DNA of 64,000 nt, taken from positions 7,584,001 to 7,648,000 of the forward strand of contig OY970303.1 of the NCBI GenBank assembly GCA_963716255.1, written 5' to 3'. Position numbers and translations under genes: made by a program. The stretch is from an uncultured Gemmatimonadales bacterium. Lineage in GTDB: Bacteria; Gemmatimonadota; Gemmatimonadetes; Longimicrobiales; Longimicrobiaceae. Below are positions 21,728-31,838 of this stretch, one piece after another. Every line of letters starts with the position of its first letter. Positions within the stretch are counted from its first letter, which is position 1. The notes beneath the pieces were generated by a model. The model was not told the origin of the DNA and made no database searches. It saw only the letters and a program-made list of their open reading frames with translations.

Positions 21728-22017
21728 CCGTCGCGTCGCCCCCGGTGGCGCTCTCCGATCGCCCTTAACGCCTCGGCTGCCGGCCGGCCCTCGCCCCGGT
21801 GCATGGAGTCCAGGCCCAGACGGATGCCGACGATGGTCTCGGCTCTCTCCACCACCTCCAGCAGCCGCTCGTAAGACTCGGCGTCCTGCACCACCACCTC
21901 CGCGCGGCCATTCACCGTCAGTACCTCGGGCCTCCCGGTCGCCTTCAGCCGCTCGATGTGCTCCCGCGTCTTCCTCTGGAAGTCCGTCAGGGAGTAGATG
22001 TCCCGTAGCTGGATCAC
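21724..22017 (-). CDS. Phd/YefM-family antitoxin
   Basis: IYSLTDFQRK..GRPEVLTVNGRAEVVVQDAESYE. Confidence 0.85.
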   Translation of the reverse strand: MIQLRDIYSLTDFQRKTREHIERLKATGRPEVLTVNGRAEVVVQDAESYERLLEVVERAETIVGIRLGLDSMHRGEGRPAAEALRAIGERHRGRRDG

Positions 22018-22108
22018 GGTGCCCGCCTTTCTGGGGATTCGCATGGAATTTCATGTTACCCCTTCGACACGCGGCCGTCAACCCGGCACTCGCGCCCTGA
22101 AGCCGACG

Positions 22109-22149
22109 AAAAACGAAAAGGGCGCTCCGTCGTTCCGGGGCGCCCTCTT
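22109..22149 (-). terminator. Intrinsic terminator of speA
   Basis: Minus strand AGGGCGCCCCGG..CGGAGCGCCCT followed by TTTCGTTTTT. Confidence 0.7.
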
Positions 22150-22172
22150 CGCCGACGTCCAGCGGGGGCCGA

Positions 22173-24089
22173 CTACCCCTCGCCCTCCAGGTACGTGTAC
22201 CCGGCGAGCCCGGCGATGTAGTCCGCGATGAACGCGTTCGCCTCCGCGCGGCTGAGGCCCGGAGCCTTCTGCACCTTGCGGCGGAAGGTGGCGATCAGGT
22301 CCTGCGAGTTGAACTGCACGTAGTTCAGCACCTCCGTCACCGTGTCGCCGTGCACCAGGTCGCCGATCTCGTAGCCGCCGTCGGTGAGGCGCACGTGCAC
22401 CGCGTTGGTGTCGCCGAACAGGTTGTGCAGGTCGCCCAGGATCTCCTGGTACGCGCCCGTCAGAAAGATCCCCAGCACGTACGGCTCCTCGTGCCGGAAG
22501 GTGTGCAGCTCCAGGCTGGGCTTCGCCTTCCGCCACCCCACGAAGCGGTCGATCTTGCCGTCCGAGTCGCAGGTCATGTCCTGCAGCGTCCCGCGCCGCG
22601 TGGGCTCCTCGTCCAGCCGGTGCACCGGCATGATGGGGAAGAGCTGGTCGATGGCCCACGAGTCCGGGAGCGACTGGAAGAGCGAGAAGTTGCAGAAGTA
22701 GCGGTCCACCAGGATCGCGCTCAGCTCCGGGAGGATGTCCTCGTACTCCTCCGGGTCCGCCGCCGCCAGGTGCGCCACGCGGTTCATCACCGCCAGGTAC
22801 AGGCGCTCCCCGTGGGCGCGGTCGCGCAGCGTCAGCGTGCCGCTGTTGAAGTGCGTCTGCATCTGCTCCTTCGCGAAGGTGGCATCGTGGTACACCTCGC
22901 GCAGGTTCCGCTCGTCCAGCTCCTTGTACGTCGCCGACAGCTCGTGCACCAGCAGGTGCGCCTCCTCCGGCACCTCCTCCGGCGTTTCCGCGATCTGCGT
23001 CTCCAGGTCGATCACGTTGATCAGCAGCAGGGCGTGGTGCGCCGTCAGCGCCCGCCCCGACTCCGAGATCACGTGCGGCATGGGGACCTCGGCCTCCCGG
23101 CTCGCCTCCGCCAGCGAGTAGATGATGTCGTTGGCGTACTCCTGGATGGAGTAGTTGACGCTGGCGTGCGTGGTGGAGCGCGACCCGTCGTAGTCCACCC
23201 CCAGCCCGCCCCCCACGTCCACGTACTCGATCTCCACCCCCAGCTGCCGCAGCTCCACGTAGAAGCGCGACACCTCCGCCATCCCCAGCTTGACGTTGCG
23301 GATGTCGGGGATCTGCGAGCCTAGGTGGAAGTGGAGCATCCGCAGGATCCCCAGCTTCCCCGCCGCCTCCAGCTTGTCCAGCACCCGCACCAGCTGCGAG
23401 GAGTTGAGGCCGAACTTGCTCTTTTCCCCCGCCGACTCCGACCACTTGCCGGCCCCGGCGGTGGACAGCTTGACCCGCACCCCCGCGGTGGGCTCCACGT
23501 CCATCTCGCGGGCCACCTTGAGGAGGATGTCCACCTCGCTGATCTTTTCCAGGACGATGAGCACCTTGTGCCCCAGCCGCTGGCCCATCAGCGCCAGCCG
23601 CAGGTACTCCTCGTCCTTGTAGCCGTTGCAGACGATCAGGTGGTCCGTGCGCTCCGCGAGCGCCAGCACCGCCATCAGCTCCGGCTTGCTCCCCACCTCC
23701 AGCCCCACCCCGTGCGGCTCCCCGAAGGCCACGATCTCCTCCACCACGTGGCGCTGCTGGTTCACCTTGATGGGGTAGACGGTGGTGTAGCGCCCCGTGT
23801 ACTCGAACTCGCGGATCGCCGTGCGGAAGCGGTCCGTGAGCGTCTCGATGCGCGTGCGCAGGATGTCCGAGAAGCGCAGCAGCACCGGGAGGCCCACCCC
23901 CTGCTGCTCCAGGTCCGTCGCCAGCTCGAAGAGGTCCAGCCCGCGCTCCGTGTCCTTGGTGGGGTGCACCGTGACGTGCCCCTTCGGGTTGATGCCGAAG
24001 TACCCGATCCCCCACCCGTCCACGTTGTACAGCTCGCGGGAGTCCTCGATCGTCCAGTTCGTGCTTATGGCGTCCTCCGTGGTGCCCAT
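22173..24089 (-). CDS. speA: Biosynthetic arginine decarboxylase
   Basis: YPIKVNQQR, GLEVGSKPEL, HFHLGSQI, DVGGGLGVDYDGS, TCDSDG, GAYQEILG. Confidence 0.96.
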   Translation of the reverse strand: MGTTEDAISTNWTIEDSRELYNVDGWGIGYFGINPKGHVTVHPTKDTERGLDLFELATDLEQQGVGLPVLLRFSDILRTRIETLTDRFRTAIREFEYTGRYTTVYPIKVNQQRHVVEEIVAFGEPHGVGLEVGSKPELMAVLALAERTDHLIVCNGYKDEEYLRLALMGQRLGHKVLIVLEKISEVDILLKVAREMDVEPTAGVRVKLSTAGAGKWSESAGEKSKFGLNSSQLVRVLDKLEAAGKLGILRMLHFHLGSQIPDIRNVKLGMAEVSRFYVELRQLGVEIEYVDVGGGLGVDYDGSRSTTHASVNYSIQEYANDIIYSLAEASREAEVPMPHVISESGRALTAHHALLLINVIDLETQIAETPEEVPEEAHLLVHELSATYKELDERNLREVYHDATFAKEQMQTHFNSGTLTLRDRAHGERLYLAVMNRVAHLAAADPEEYEDILPELSAILVDRYFCNFSLFQSLPDSWAIDQLFPIMPVHRLDEEPTRRGTLQDMTCDSDGKIDRFVGWRKAKPSLELHTFRHEEPYVLGIFLTGAYQEILGDLHNLFGDTNAVHVRLTDGGYEIGDLVHGDTVTEVLNYVQFNSQDLIATFRRKVQKAPGLSRAEANAFIADYIAGLAGYTYLEGEG

Positions 24090-24233
24090 GTTCCCCTCGT
24101 CGGTTGGAGCGGCGACAAAGTTACGGAAATCTCTCCCCGGCGAAAGTAGCGGCGGGCAACGGCTTGATTCGCGCGGCGCCCCGGTGGTAGTTTGCGCCCG
24201 CCCCATCCACCATAACGCGCCGCAACGGTATCC

Positions 24234-25364
24234 ATGTTCTCGTACCGCCGCCCGGACTTCACGCTCCCCCGTTTCGCCGGCGCCCCCGACGTCCGCTGGG
24301 AGGCCGCCCCCGCGGACGGGGTGCTCCCCGAGGGGTTCTTTTCCACCACCAACCTCCCCACCTACGTCCGCGTCGCCGGGGAGTGGAAGCTGCCGCGCGA
24401 GCCCCGCATGGACTCCGCCCTGGTGCTGGACGCCGACGGCGTCCCCCGCGTGCTGGAGGGGCGCTACGTCCGCGGCGGCCAGCCGGTGGCCATGGGCCTC
24501 GCCGAGGACGGCTCCGAGGGGATCTTCGTCCACGCCGCGGGCCTCACCGGCGATCCCGACCCCGGCCCCGAGGGCGAGTTCAAGTTCATGTCCTCCGAAG
24601 TGTCCCGCGAAAAGCCCACCGACTACCAGTCCATGGCCCGCGTGCTGGTGGAGGAAAAGGCCCGCGGCGGCCACGTCATCTGGGTGGTGGGCCCGGCGGT
24701 GCTCCACTCCCGCGGCCGCGACACCCTCGCCTGGTTCGTGGAGAGCGGCTACGTGGGCGTGCTCTTCGGCGGCAACGCCGTCGCCGTGCACGACATCGAG
24801 TCCGCCACCCTGGGCACCACGCTGGGGATGAACAGCCGCGGCATCCCCGTGGAGGGCGGGCACGCCTTCCACATGCGGGCGATCAACCGCGTACGCAAGG
24901 CGGGGTCCATTCCCGCCGCCGTCGAGCAGGGGATCATCGAGCACGGCGTGATGCACGCCTGCGTCACCAGCGGGGTGCCGTTCATCCTCGCCGGCTCCAT
25001 CCGCGACGACGGCCCGCTCCCCGACACCATCACCGACGCCGTCCGCTGCCAGGAGGCCATGAAGGAGCACACGCGGCGCTGCACCGCCGTCATCATGATC
25101 GCCACGGCGCTGCACTCCATCGCCACCGGCAACATGCTCCCCTCCTACGTGTGGCGCGAGGACACCGGCGAGGTGCGGCCGCTCTCCACCATCTGCGTGG
25201 ACTCGTCGGAGTTCGTGGTGTCCAAGCTCAAGGACCGCGGCACCCACCAGGCGTTCGGGGTCATCACCAACGCGCAGGACTTCCTCCACGTGCTGCGATA
25301 TTACGTGGAGGCCGAAGCCGCCGCGTTCGAGGCCGAGCAGGCGTCGTCACAGGGCTCAGCTTGA
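24234..25364 (+). CDS. LOR/SDH-domain protein (ArgZ/AgrE C-terminal, ornithine cyclodeaminase-like)
   Basis: FFSTTNLPT, GGNAVAVHDIE, AGSIRDDGPLPD, LHSIATGNMLP, KLKDRG motifs. Confidence 0.75.
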   Translation: MFSYRRPDFTLPRFAGAPDVRWEAAPADGVLPEGFFSTTNLPTYVRVAGEWKLPREPRMDSALVLDADGVPRVLEGRYVRGGQPVAMGLAEDGSEGIFVHAAGLTGDPDPGPEGEFKFMSSEVSREKPTDYQSMARVLVEEKARGGHVIWVVGPAVLHSRGRDTLAWFVESGYVGVLFGGNAVAVHDIESATLGTTLGMNSRGIPVEGGHAFHMRAINRVRKAGSIPAAVEQGIIEHGVMHACVTSGVPFILAGSIRDDGPLPDTITDAVRCQEAMKEHTRRCTAVIMIATALHSIATGNMLPSYVWREDTGEVRPLSTICVDSSEFVVSKLKDRGTHQAFGVITNAQDFLHVLRYYVEAEAAAFEAEQASSQGSA

Positions 25365-25368
25365 CGAG

Positions 25369-25564
25369 TTCCTGCCGCTTCGGTGGGTCAGGAGTTGGGG
25401 CCGCTCCGGAGCCCGGCGAACCTGCTGCCGGTCTCCTGCGCGGGCTCCGGGAGCCTCGCCAAACAGCCGGCGAGTCTCCCTGCGCCGGAGGGAGCCAGCC
25501 GAAACGGCCCGGCTGTCTCCCTCCGCGACGGATTCGGGGGATACTGCGGAACGGCGAACGGCGG
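25369..25564 (-). repeat. Structured dispersed repeat family 2, copy B
   Basis: Reverse complement aligns with 8747-8941. Confidence 0.85.
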
Positions 25565-25740
25565 CCCCCTCCCCCCGGCCCCCTCCCCCGCAAGCGGGAG
25601 AGGGGGAGAAGGGCACTGCACCACCAGTTGGCCCCCTCTCCCAGAATTGGGAGAGGGTGGCGAGCCTCAAGCGAGCCGGGTGAGGGCCGTAGCCGTTGCA
25701 GGCTGTTCCCTGCTCCCTGTTCCCTGTTCCCTGCAGTTCC
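25565..25740. repeat. REP-like palindromes and CTGTTCC heptamer run
   Basis: CCCCTCCCCCGCAAGCGGGAGAGGGG, CCCTCTCCCAGAATTGGGAGAGGG, then CTGTTCC/CTGCTCC x4. Confidence 0.7.
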
Positions 25741-26136
25741 GTGGAGCTGAGCCCTCACCTGGCCGCGGCGCTCGCGGCGGCGGGCGGCACCGTCGACCCG
25801 GAGCGCGTCGACCGGGTGTGGCTGTTCCCGGCGCGGCAGACCGGCGACCGGGAGACGGGGCTCGCGGTGCTCGCCAGCTGGCCCCGGGGCGAACCCGCCT
25901 CCGACCGGCGCGGGGTGTGGACGCTGGAATACCAGGTGGAGCAGCTCGCCGGGGGGAAGTCGCGGCGCACCGATTCGCTCACCGAGCAGGCGGTCGTGCC
26001 GGCGGGAATGGTGGAGCGCGTGATCGAGGGGGTGCTGCGGCGGCTGGGCACCGAAAGCGAGACGCCGCGGATGGAAGAGGTGGGCGGGAGCCCGGAGCGG
26101 TGGGCGGCACTGCTGGCGCAGGGCGGTGCAGCTTGA
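25741..26136 (+). CDS. Hypothetical protein
   Basis: Genome-typical codon usage; VDRVWLFPAR, VERVIEGVLRR; start approximate. Confidence 0.6.
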   Translation: MELSPHLAAALAAAGGTVDPERVDRVWLFPARQTGDRETGLAVLASWPRGEPASDRRGVWTLEYQVEQLAGGKSRRTDSLTEQAVVPAGMVERVIEGVLRRLGTESETPRMEEVGGSPERWAALLAQGGAA

Positions 26137-26166
26137 CTCAGGCCATCGAGAATGATTATTGTTTGC
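26133..26166 (+). promoter_or_regulatory. Putative fur promoter with overlapping Fur box
   Basis: TTGACT 26133 / TATTGT ~26157; GAGAATGATTATTGTTTGC matches the E. coli Fur consensus at 13/19. Confidence 0.6.
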
Positions 26167-26205
26167 GATGGGATTCCGCCTGCTCCCGCACGTGAGGGAC
26201 CGCGC

Positions 26206-26733
26206 ATGAACGACTTTCCGCACATCTCGCCCGCTCCGCGGCAGGAGCTGTCCCCCTACATCCACCTTTTCCGCCGCTACCTTCGCCAGCAGAACCTGCC
26301 GGTGACGCAGCAGCGCGAGGTGGTCGCCGACGTCATCTTCAACTCGTCCGAGCACCTGTCCGTGGAGGACATCGAGGCGCAGCTGCGGACCCGCGGCGAG
26401 CGCATCGGCAAGGCCACCATCTACCGCACCATGGAGATCCTGGTGCGGAGCGGGCTGGTGGTGGAGCACGACTTCGGCGAGGGGTTCAAGCGCTACGAGC
26501 ACCTGTTCGGGCAGCAGCCGGAGCACGAGCACCTCATCTGCACCCACTGCGGCCACGTCACCGAGTTCCAGCGGCCCGAGGTGCACCGCATCGAGGAAGA
26601 GGTCGCCCGGCAGCACGGCTTCCTCCCCACCCGGCACCGCCTGGAGATCTACGGCCTGTGCGCCGGGTGCCAGGCCGCCGGCGTCACGGTGGCGTACCAC
26701 GGCCTCACCTGCCCGGCGCTCGACGTCGCCTGA
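26206..26733 (+). CDS. fur: Fur-family transcriptional regulator
   Basis: TQQREVV, IGKATIYRT, HEHLICTHCG, LEIYGLCAGC. Confidence 0.92.
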   Translation: MNDFPHISPAPRQELSPYIHLFRRYLRQQNLPVTQQREVVADVIFNSSEHLSVEDIEAQLRTRGERIGKATIYRTMEILVRSGLVVEHDFGEGFKRYEHLFGQQPEHEHLICTHCGHVTEFQRPEVHRIEEEVARQHGFLPTRHRLEIYGLCAGCQAAGVTVAYHGLTCPALDVA

Positions 26734-26737
26734 TCGA

Positions 26738-26788
26738 CGGCGGGGTTCGGGCGTGCCCCCGGCTGCGCCGGGGTCGGGCTGTGGCTCG
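26738..26788 (+). repeat. Structured repeat family 1, 5' part only (copy D)
   Basis: GGGTTCGGGCGTGCCCCCGGCTGCGCCGGGGTCGGGCT, then diverges into another hairpin. Confidence 0.7.
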
Positions 26789-26927
26789 GCAACGGCTGCG
26801 GGAGGGGGAGGCGCAACGGCGCCTCCCCCTCTTCGCTGCAGCGTACTCTGCGAAAGTTGACGCGGCGGCGCCGAGCGCTTCTTTTGCGCGGCGAACGGCA
26901 ACAGTCACTCCGACCGGCAGGCAGCCA

Positions 26928-27857
26928 ATGTCCGACCAGATCCCCGACGCGCTCCGCGACCTCCCCTGGGAGCTCCCCCGCAACTTCCTCGGCCTGGAAG
27001 GCGAGCCGGGGAGCTGGGAAGGCGCGGACGTCGTCGTGCTCCCCATTCCCTACGAGTCCACCGTCTCGTACCAGGGCGGAACCAAGCGGGGCCCCGCCGC
27101 CATCATCGAAGCCTCCCGCTACATCGAGCTGTACGACCAGGAGCTGGACGCCGAGCCGGGTCCCGAGGTGGGCGTGTGCACGCTCCCCGCGCTGCACCTG
27201 ACCTCCGCGGGCCCCGAGGCGGCCGTGGCCGAGCTGCGCCAGGCCTACGACGCCGTCCTGGAAGCGGCCGGCGACCGGCTGGTGATCGGGCTGGGCGGCG
27301 AGCACTCCATCTCCAGCGCCCCCGTGCTGGCCCACGCCGCGCGGCTGCCGGCAGGGCAGCGCCTTTCCGTGCTCCAGTTCGACGCCCACGGCGACCTGCG
27401 CCTGGAGTACGAGGGCTCGCCGTACTCGCACGCCGCGGTCATGGCGCGCTGCATCGACGACGTGAACCTCGTGCAGGTGGGGATCCGCGCCATCACCGCC
27501 GACGAGCGGCAGCTGATCCGCGACCGCAGCATCACCACCCTCTTCGCCGACGAGATGTGGCGCGACGACGCCTGGATCGACCGGGCCATGGCGGCGCTGG
27601 GCGACACGGTGTTCATCACCTTCGACGTGGACTACTTCGACCCGTCGCTGATGCCCGCCACCGGCACCCCCGAGCCGGGCGGCCCCGCGTGGTACCCCAC
27701 CATGCAGCTCCTCCGCCGCGTATTCACCGAGAAGAAGGTGGTGGGGGTGGACGTGGTGGAGCTCGCGCCCATCGGCGGCAACGCCGCGCCGGATTTCGTG
27801 GCCGCCAAGCTGGTGTACAAGATGGTCGGCTACCGCTGGCTCGCGCGCCGGGGATAG
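26928..27857 (+). CDS. speB: Agmatinase
   Basis: GGEHSI, FDAHGDLR, YSHA, TFDVDYFDP..TGTPEPGG. Confidence 0.93.
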   Translation: MSDQIPDALRDLPWELPRNFLGLEGEPGSWEGADVVVLPIPYESTVSYQGGTKRGPAAIIEASRYIELYDQELDAEPGPEVGVCTLPALHLTSAGPEAAVAELRQAYDAVLEAAGDRLVIGLGGEHSISSAPVLAHAARLPAGQRLSVLQFDAHGDLRLEYEGSPYSHAAVMARCIDDVNLVQVGIRAITADERQLIRDRSITTLFADEMWRDDAWIDRAMAALGDTVFITFDVDYFDPSLMPATGTPEPGGPAWYPTMQLLRRVFTEKKVVGVDVVELAPIGGNAAPDFVAAKLVYKMVGYRWLARRG

Positions 27858-27991
27858 CAAGCCGCCCGCACCCTCACGCCACGGGGCGGCACCGGCGGGT
27901 CGGTGCCGCCCCGCTCCGTTTCCGCGGCCGCGGCACGAAACTCCCGGTGGCGCCCCGCCTCGCGAGAAACCGTCGCCGTCCCGGGGCCCCG

Positions 27992-29323
27992 ATGTCCACC
28001 ACGCGTCCGCCCGCATCGTCCGCCCGCCCCTCCACCTTCCGCGCGCTGCGCTCCCGCAACTACCGCCTCTTCTACGGCGGGCAGGGCGTGTCGCTGGTGG
28101 GCACCTGGATCACCCGCGTCGCCACCGGCTGGCTGGTGTACCGGCTCACCGGCTCCGCCGCCATGCTGGGGGTGGTGGGCTTCGCCGGCCAGGTCCCCAC
28201 CTTCCTGCTCGCGCCCTTCGCGGGCGTCTGGGTGGACCGGCTGGACCGGTACCGCGTGCTGGTGGTCACCCAGGTGGTCTCCATGCTCCAGTCGTTCGCG
28301 CTGGCCGCGCTCGCGCTCACCGGGCGCATCGACATCGCCCACGTGATCGCGCTGAGCGCCGTGCAGGGGATCGTCAACGCCTTCGACACCCCCGCGCGGC
28401 AGGCCTTCCTGGTGGAGATGGTGGACGACCGCGAGGACCTGCCCAACGCCATCGCCCTCAACTCGTCCATGGTCAACGGAGCGCGCCTGGTGGGGCCCTC
28501 GGTGGCGGGCGTGGTGATCGCCGCGGCGGGCGAGGCCTGGTGCTTCCTCGCCGACGGAATCAGCTACCTGGCCGTCATCGCCTCGCTCCTCGCCATGCGG
28601 GTGGCGCGCCGCCCCCGCCCGGCCACGGACACGCGGGTGCTGCAGGAGCTGGAGGAAGGCTTCCGCTACGCCTTCGGCTTCGCGCCCATCCGCGCCCTGC
28701 TGCTCCTGCTGGCGCTGGTGAGCCTCACGGGGATGCCGTACACCGTGCTGATGCCCGTCATCGCCACCGGGACGCTGCACGGCGGGCCGCACACCCTGGG
28801 CTTCCTGATGGGCGCGTCGGGCGTGGGAGCCCTCGCCGGGGCGCTCTACCTCGCCTCGCGGCGCAGCGTGCTGGGGCTGGGGCGCGTCATCCCGCTCGCG
28901 GCGGCGCTTTTCGGCGCGGGGCTGGTCGCGTTCGGCCTGTCGCGCTCGCTCGCCCTGTCGCTGGTGCTGATGCTCGCCACGGGGAGCGGCTTCATGGTGC
29001 AGATGGCGTCCAGCAACACGGTGATCCAGACCATCGTGCGCGAGGACATGCGCGGACGGGTGATGGCCTTCTACACCATGGCCTTCATGGGCACCGCGCC
29101 CTTCGGCTCGCTCCTCGCCGGCGTGCTCGCCGAACGCTTCGGCGCCCCGCGGACGCTGATGGCGGGCGGGGTGGCGTGCATCGTGGGCGCGGCGCTCTTC
29201 GCCCGCACCCTGCCGCGGCTCCGGGAGGAGGTTCGGCCCCTGTACGTGGAGCGCGGCATCCTCCCGCCCATCGCCGCCGGGCTGCAGGACGCGGACGGGC
29301 TGCGCAGCAGCGTGGAGCGATAG
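27992..29323 (+). CDS. MFS transporter
   Basis: NYRLFYGGQGVSLVGTW, PARQAFL..NAIALNS, MRGRVMAFY. Confidence 0.9.
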   Translation: MSTTRPPASSARPSTFRALRSRNYRLFYGGQGVSLVGTWITRVATGWLVYRLTGSAAMLGVVGFAGQVPTFLLAPFAGVWVDRLDRYRVLVVTQVVSMLQSFALAALALTGRIDIAHVIALSAVQGIVNAFDTPARQAFLVEMVDDREDLPNAIALNSSMVNGARLVGPSVAGVVIAAAGEAWCFLADGISYLAVIASLLAMRVARRPRPATDTRVLQELEEGFRYAFGFAPIRALLLLLALVSLTGMPYTVLMPVIATGTLHGGPHTLGFLMGASGVGALAGALYLASRRSVLGLGRVIPLAAALFGAGLVAFGLSRSLALSLVLMLATGSGFMVQMASSNTVIQTIVREDMRGRVMAFYTMAFMGTAPFGSLLAGVLAERFGAPRTLMAGGVACIVGAALFARTLPRLREEVRPLYVERGILPPIAAGLQDADGLRSSVER

Positions 29324-29474
29324 CGGGCCGGGGGTGGACCAAACACCCCGTTTCCATTATCTTACATGGCTGTTTCCGAGAGCGGGCACCTCGTGTCGAG
29401 GGGCCCGCGGTTCGTTTGATGCAGCGTCTCCATCTTCACCGAACATCCAGGCCCCCGGGTCCGAGGGATTGAGC

Positions 29475-31298
29475 ATGCCGATCCGCAACATCGCAATCAT
29501 CGCACACGTCGACCACGGGAAGACCACCCTGGTGGACCACATGCTCCGCCAGGCCGGGACCTTCCGCGAGAACCAGCACGTGCAGGAGCGCGTGATGGAC
29601 TCCAACCCGCTGGAGCGCGAGCGGGGGATCACCATCCTCGCGAAGAACCTGTCCGTCCGCTGGGCCGACACCAAGATCAACATCGTCGACACCCCGGGCC
29701 ACTCCGACTTCGGCGGCGAAGTGGAGCGCATCCTCCGCATGGTCGACGGCGTCGTCCTGCTGGTGGACGCGGCCGAGGGGCCCATGCCGCAGACCCGCTT
29801 CGTCACGCGCAAGGCGCTGGAGCTGGGGCTGCAGCCCATCGTGGTCATCAACAAGATCGACCGCGGCGACGCCGACCCCGCCCGCGTGCACGACGAGGTG
29901 CTGGAGCTGTTCATGGAGCTGGAGGCCGCCGACTACCAGCTGGACTGCCCCTTCCTGTACGCGGTGGGCCGCGAGGGCGTCGCCATGCGCCATGCCCGCG
30001 ACCCGCGCAAGGACCTGAAGCCGCTCTTCGACACCATCGTGGAAACGATCCCGCCGCCCAGCAGCGACGCGGAGGGCCCGTTCCAGATGCTGGTGTCCAC
30101 CATCGACTACTCGCCGTACCTGGGCCGCCTGGCCATCGGGCGCATCGAGCGCGGCGTGGCCCGCGTGGGCGAGGGCGTCGTGGTGCTGGAGCACGGCGCG
30201 GAAGAGGGCGCCAGCCACGAGCGGGCGCGCATCAGCAAGCTCTTCTCCTTCGAGGGGCTGGAGCGGGTGGAGGCCGAGTCGGCCGGCGCCGGCGACATCG
30301 TGGCCATCGCCGGGATCCCCAACGTGGACATCGGCGCCACCGTCTGCGACCCGGACCACCCGGAGGCGATGGAGGGGATCGCGGTGGAGGAGCCCACCGT
30401 GTCCGTGGACATGATGGTGAACATGTCGCCCTTCGCCGGGCGGGAAGGGAAGTACGTCACCTCGCGCCAGCTCCGCGACCGCCTCTACAAGGAGCTGGAG
30501 CGCAACGTGGCGCTCCGCGTGGAGGATACCGAGTCCGCCGACACCTTCACCGTGTCCGGCCGCGGCGAGCTGCACCTGGGGATCCTGATGGAGACCATGC
30601 GGCGGGAGGGATACGAGTTCGCGGTGTCGCGGCCGCGCGTCATCCTCAAGAAGGGTCCCGGCGGCGAGATGACGGAGCCCTACGAGGAGGTCACCATCGA
30701 CGTCCCCGAGAACCTCATGGGGCCGGTGATCGAGAAGCTGGGGCAGCGCCGCGCCGAGATGCTGGAGATGAAGAACCCGGGCGGCGGGCTGGTGCGCCTG
30801 GTCTACAAGGTCCCCGCGCGCGGCCTGTTCGGCTACCGCTCGGACTTCCTCACCGACACCCGCGGCGAGGGGATCCTGCACCACCGCTTCATGGAGTACG
30901 GCCCCTACGTGGGCCCCATGAGCACCCGCAACCGCGGCGTCCTGGTGAGCATGGTCGACGGCGAGAGCATCGCCTTCGCGCTGGGGAACCTGCAGGAGCG
31001 CTCCACCTTCTTCATCGCGCCGGGCGTGGCGGTGTACGAGGGGATGATCGTGGGCGAGAACTCGCGCCCCGGCGACATGGAGGTGAACGTCGCCAAGGGC
31101 AAGAAGCTCACGAACATGCGCGCCTCGGGGAGCGACGACAACATCCTCCTGGAGCCGCCGCGCCAGATGACGCTGGAGGACGCCATGGGGTACATCGCCG
31201 ACGACGAGCTCATCGAGGTGACGCCCAAGTCGCTCCGGCTGCGCAAGCGGCTGCTGAACGCCAGCGACCGCAAGAAGGCCTCGCGCGCGGCCTCCTGA
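29475..31298 (+). CDS. typA: Translational GTPase TypA/BipA
   Basis: [51 protein letters not shown]. Confidence 0.97.
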   Translation: MPIRNIAIIAHVDHGKTTLVDHMLRQAGTFRENQHVQERVMDSNPLERERGITILAKNLSVRWADTKINIVDTPGHSDFGGEVERILRMVDGVVLLVDAAEGPMPQTRFVTRKALELGLQPIVVINKIDRGDADPARVHDEVLELFMELEAADYQLDCPFLYAVGREGVAMRHARDPRKDLKPLFDTIVETIPPPSSDAEGPFQMLVSTIDYSPYLGRLAIGRIERGVARVGEGVVVLEHGAEEGASHERARISKLFSFEGLERVEAESAGAGDIVAIAGIPNVDIGATVCDPDHPEAMEGIAVEEPTVSVDMMVNMSPFAGREGKYVTSRQLRDRLYKELERNVALRVEDTESADTFTVSGRGELHLGILMETMRREGYEFAVSRPRVILKKGPGGEMTEPYEEVTIDVPENLMGPVIEKLGQRRAEMLEMKNPGGGLVRLVYKVPARGLFGYRSDFLTDTRGEGILHHRFMEYGPYVGPMSTRNRGVLVSMVDGESIAFALGNLQERSTFFIAPGVAVYEGMIVGENSRPGDMEVNVAKGKKLTNMRASGSDDNILLEPPRQMTLEDAMGYIADDELIEVTPKSLRLRKRLLNASDRKKASRAAS

Positions 31299-31330
31299 TC
31301 CGGGCGCGGACCGCACGGCAGCACGATTCG

Positions 31331-31386
31331 AGCCCCGGGGAGCCACGCTCTCCGGGGCTTGACACTTGGGGCGAGCGTTATACTAT
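31331..31386 (+). promoter_or_regulatory. Hairpin after typA abutting a sigma70-like promoter
   Basis: AGCCCCGGGGAG..CTCTCCGGGGCT hairpin; TTGACA 31359, 16 bp spacer, TACTAT 31381. Confidence 0.6.
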
Positions 31387-31477
31387 TGCCGCGAGTTGGC
31401 CCCGTGGTCGGCATCTTCCTTGCCGTCCGAAAACCCCCGCGGAGCGCCTTTCTCCCCACCTGACAGGAGACTTCGGA

Positions 31478-31714
31478 ATGACGGACCTGATCGTGCGGCC
31501 GGTGAGCGACGTAGCGGTCGAGCTTGAGGAACTGCTGGTCGCCCGGTTCGAGGAGGAAGACGAGGACGCAGTGGAGGGAGATGGGGAGGAGGACTGGGAC
31601 GAGGACGGCGATTGGGACGACGACGACGACTGGGATGACGAGGACGACGACTGGGACGACGAGGACGAGGAGTGGGGCGAGGACGAGGAGTGGGAGGAAG
31701 GCGACGACGCCTGA
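31478..31714 (+). CDS. Small hyper-acidic Asp/Glu/Trp-repeat protein
   Basis: AGGAGA RBS, upstream promoter, GAC/GAG codon bias. Confidence 0.7.
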   Translation: MTDLIVRPVSDVAVELEELLVARFEEEDEDAVEGDGEEDWDEDGDWDDDDDWDDEDDDWDDEDEEWGEDEEWEEGDDA

Positions 31715-31724
31715 GCGCGTCCCC

Positions 31725-31838
31725 TTGACGGGGCGCGGAGGGGCCTCTAAATTCTCCCCTCCTTGCCCCGGACGCGGTGGGATTGCTCTCCGAAGCGGCC
31801 GGGAAGGGGTTGACGGACGGACCCGAGAGGGTTAAGTT
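31725..31838 (+). promoter_or_regulatory. Tandem rrn promoters P1/P2
   Basis: TTGACG(31725)-17-TAAATT and TTGACG(31810)-17-TAAGTT; boxA-like TGTTTGAAAAT downstream. Confidence 0.75.

Noticed and set aside
24090..25289. 400-aa N-terminal extension of SpeA in the ORF track
   Set aside because: It is the antisense of the LOR/SDH gene; SpeA similarity starts at ATG 24089 with a GAGGGG RBS
31550..31710. GACGACGACTGGGAC-type repeats as CRISPR or VNTR
   Set aside because: No constant repeat/unique spacer structure and no cas genes; explained by the acidic protein's codons
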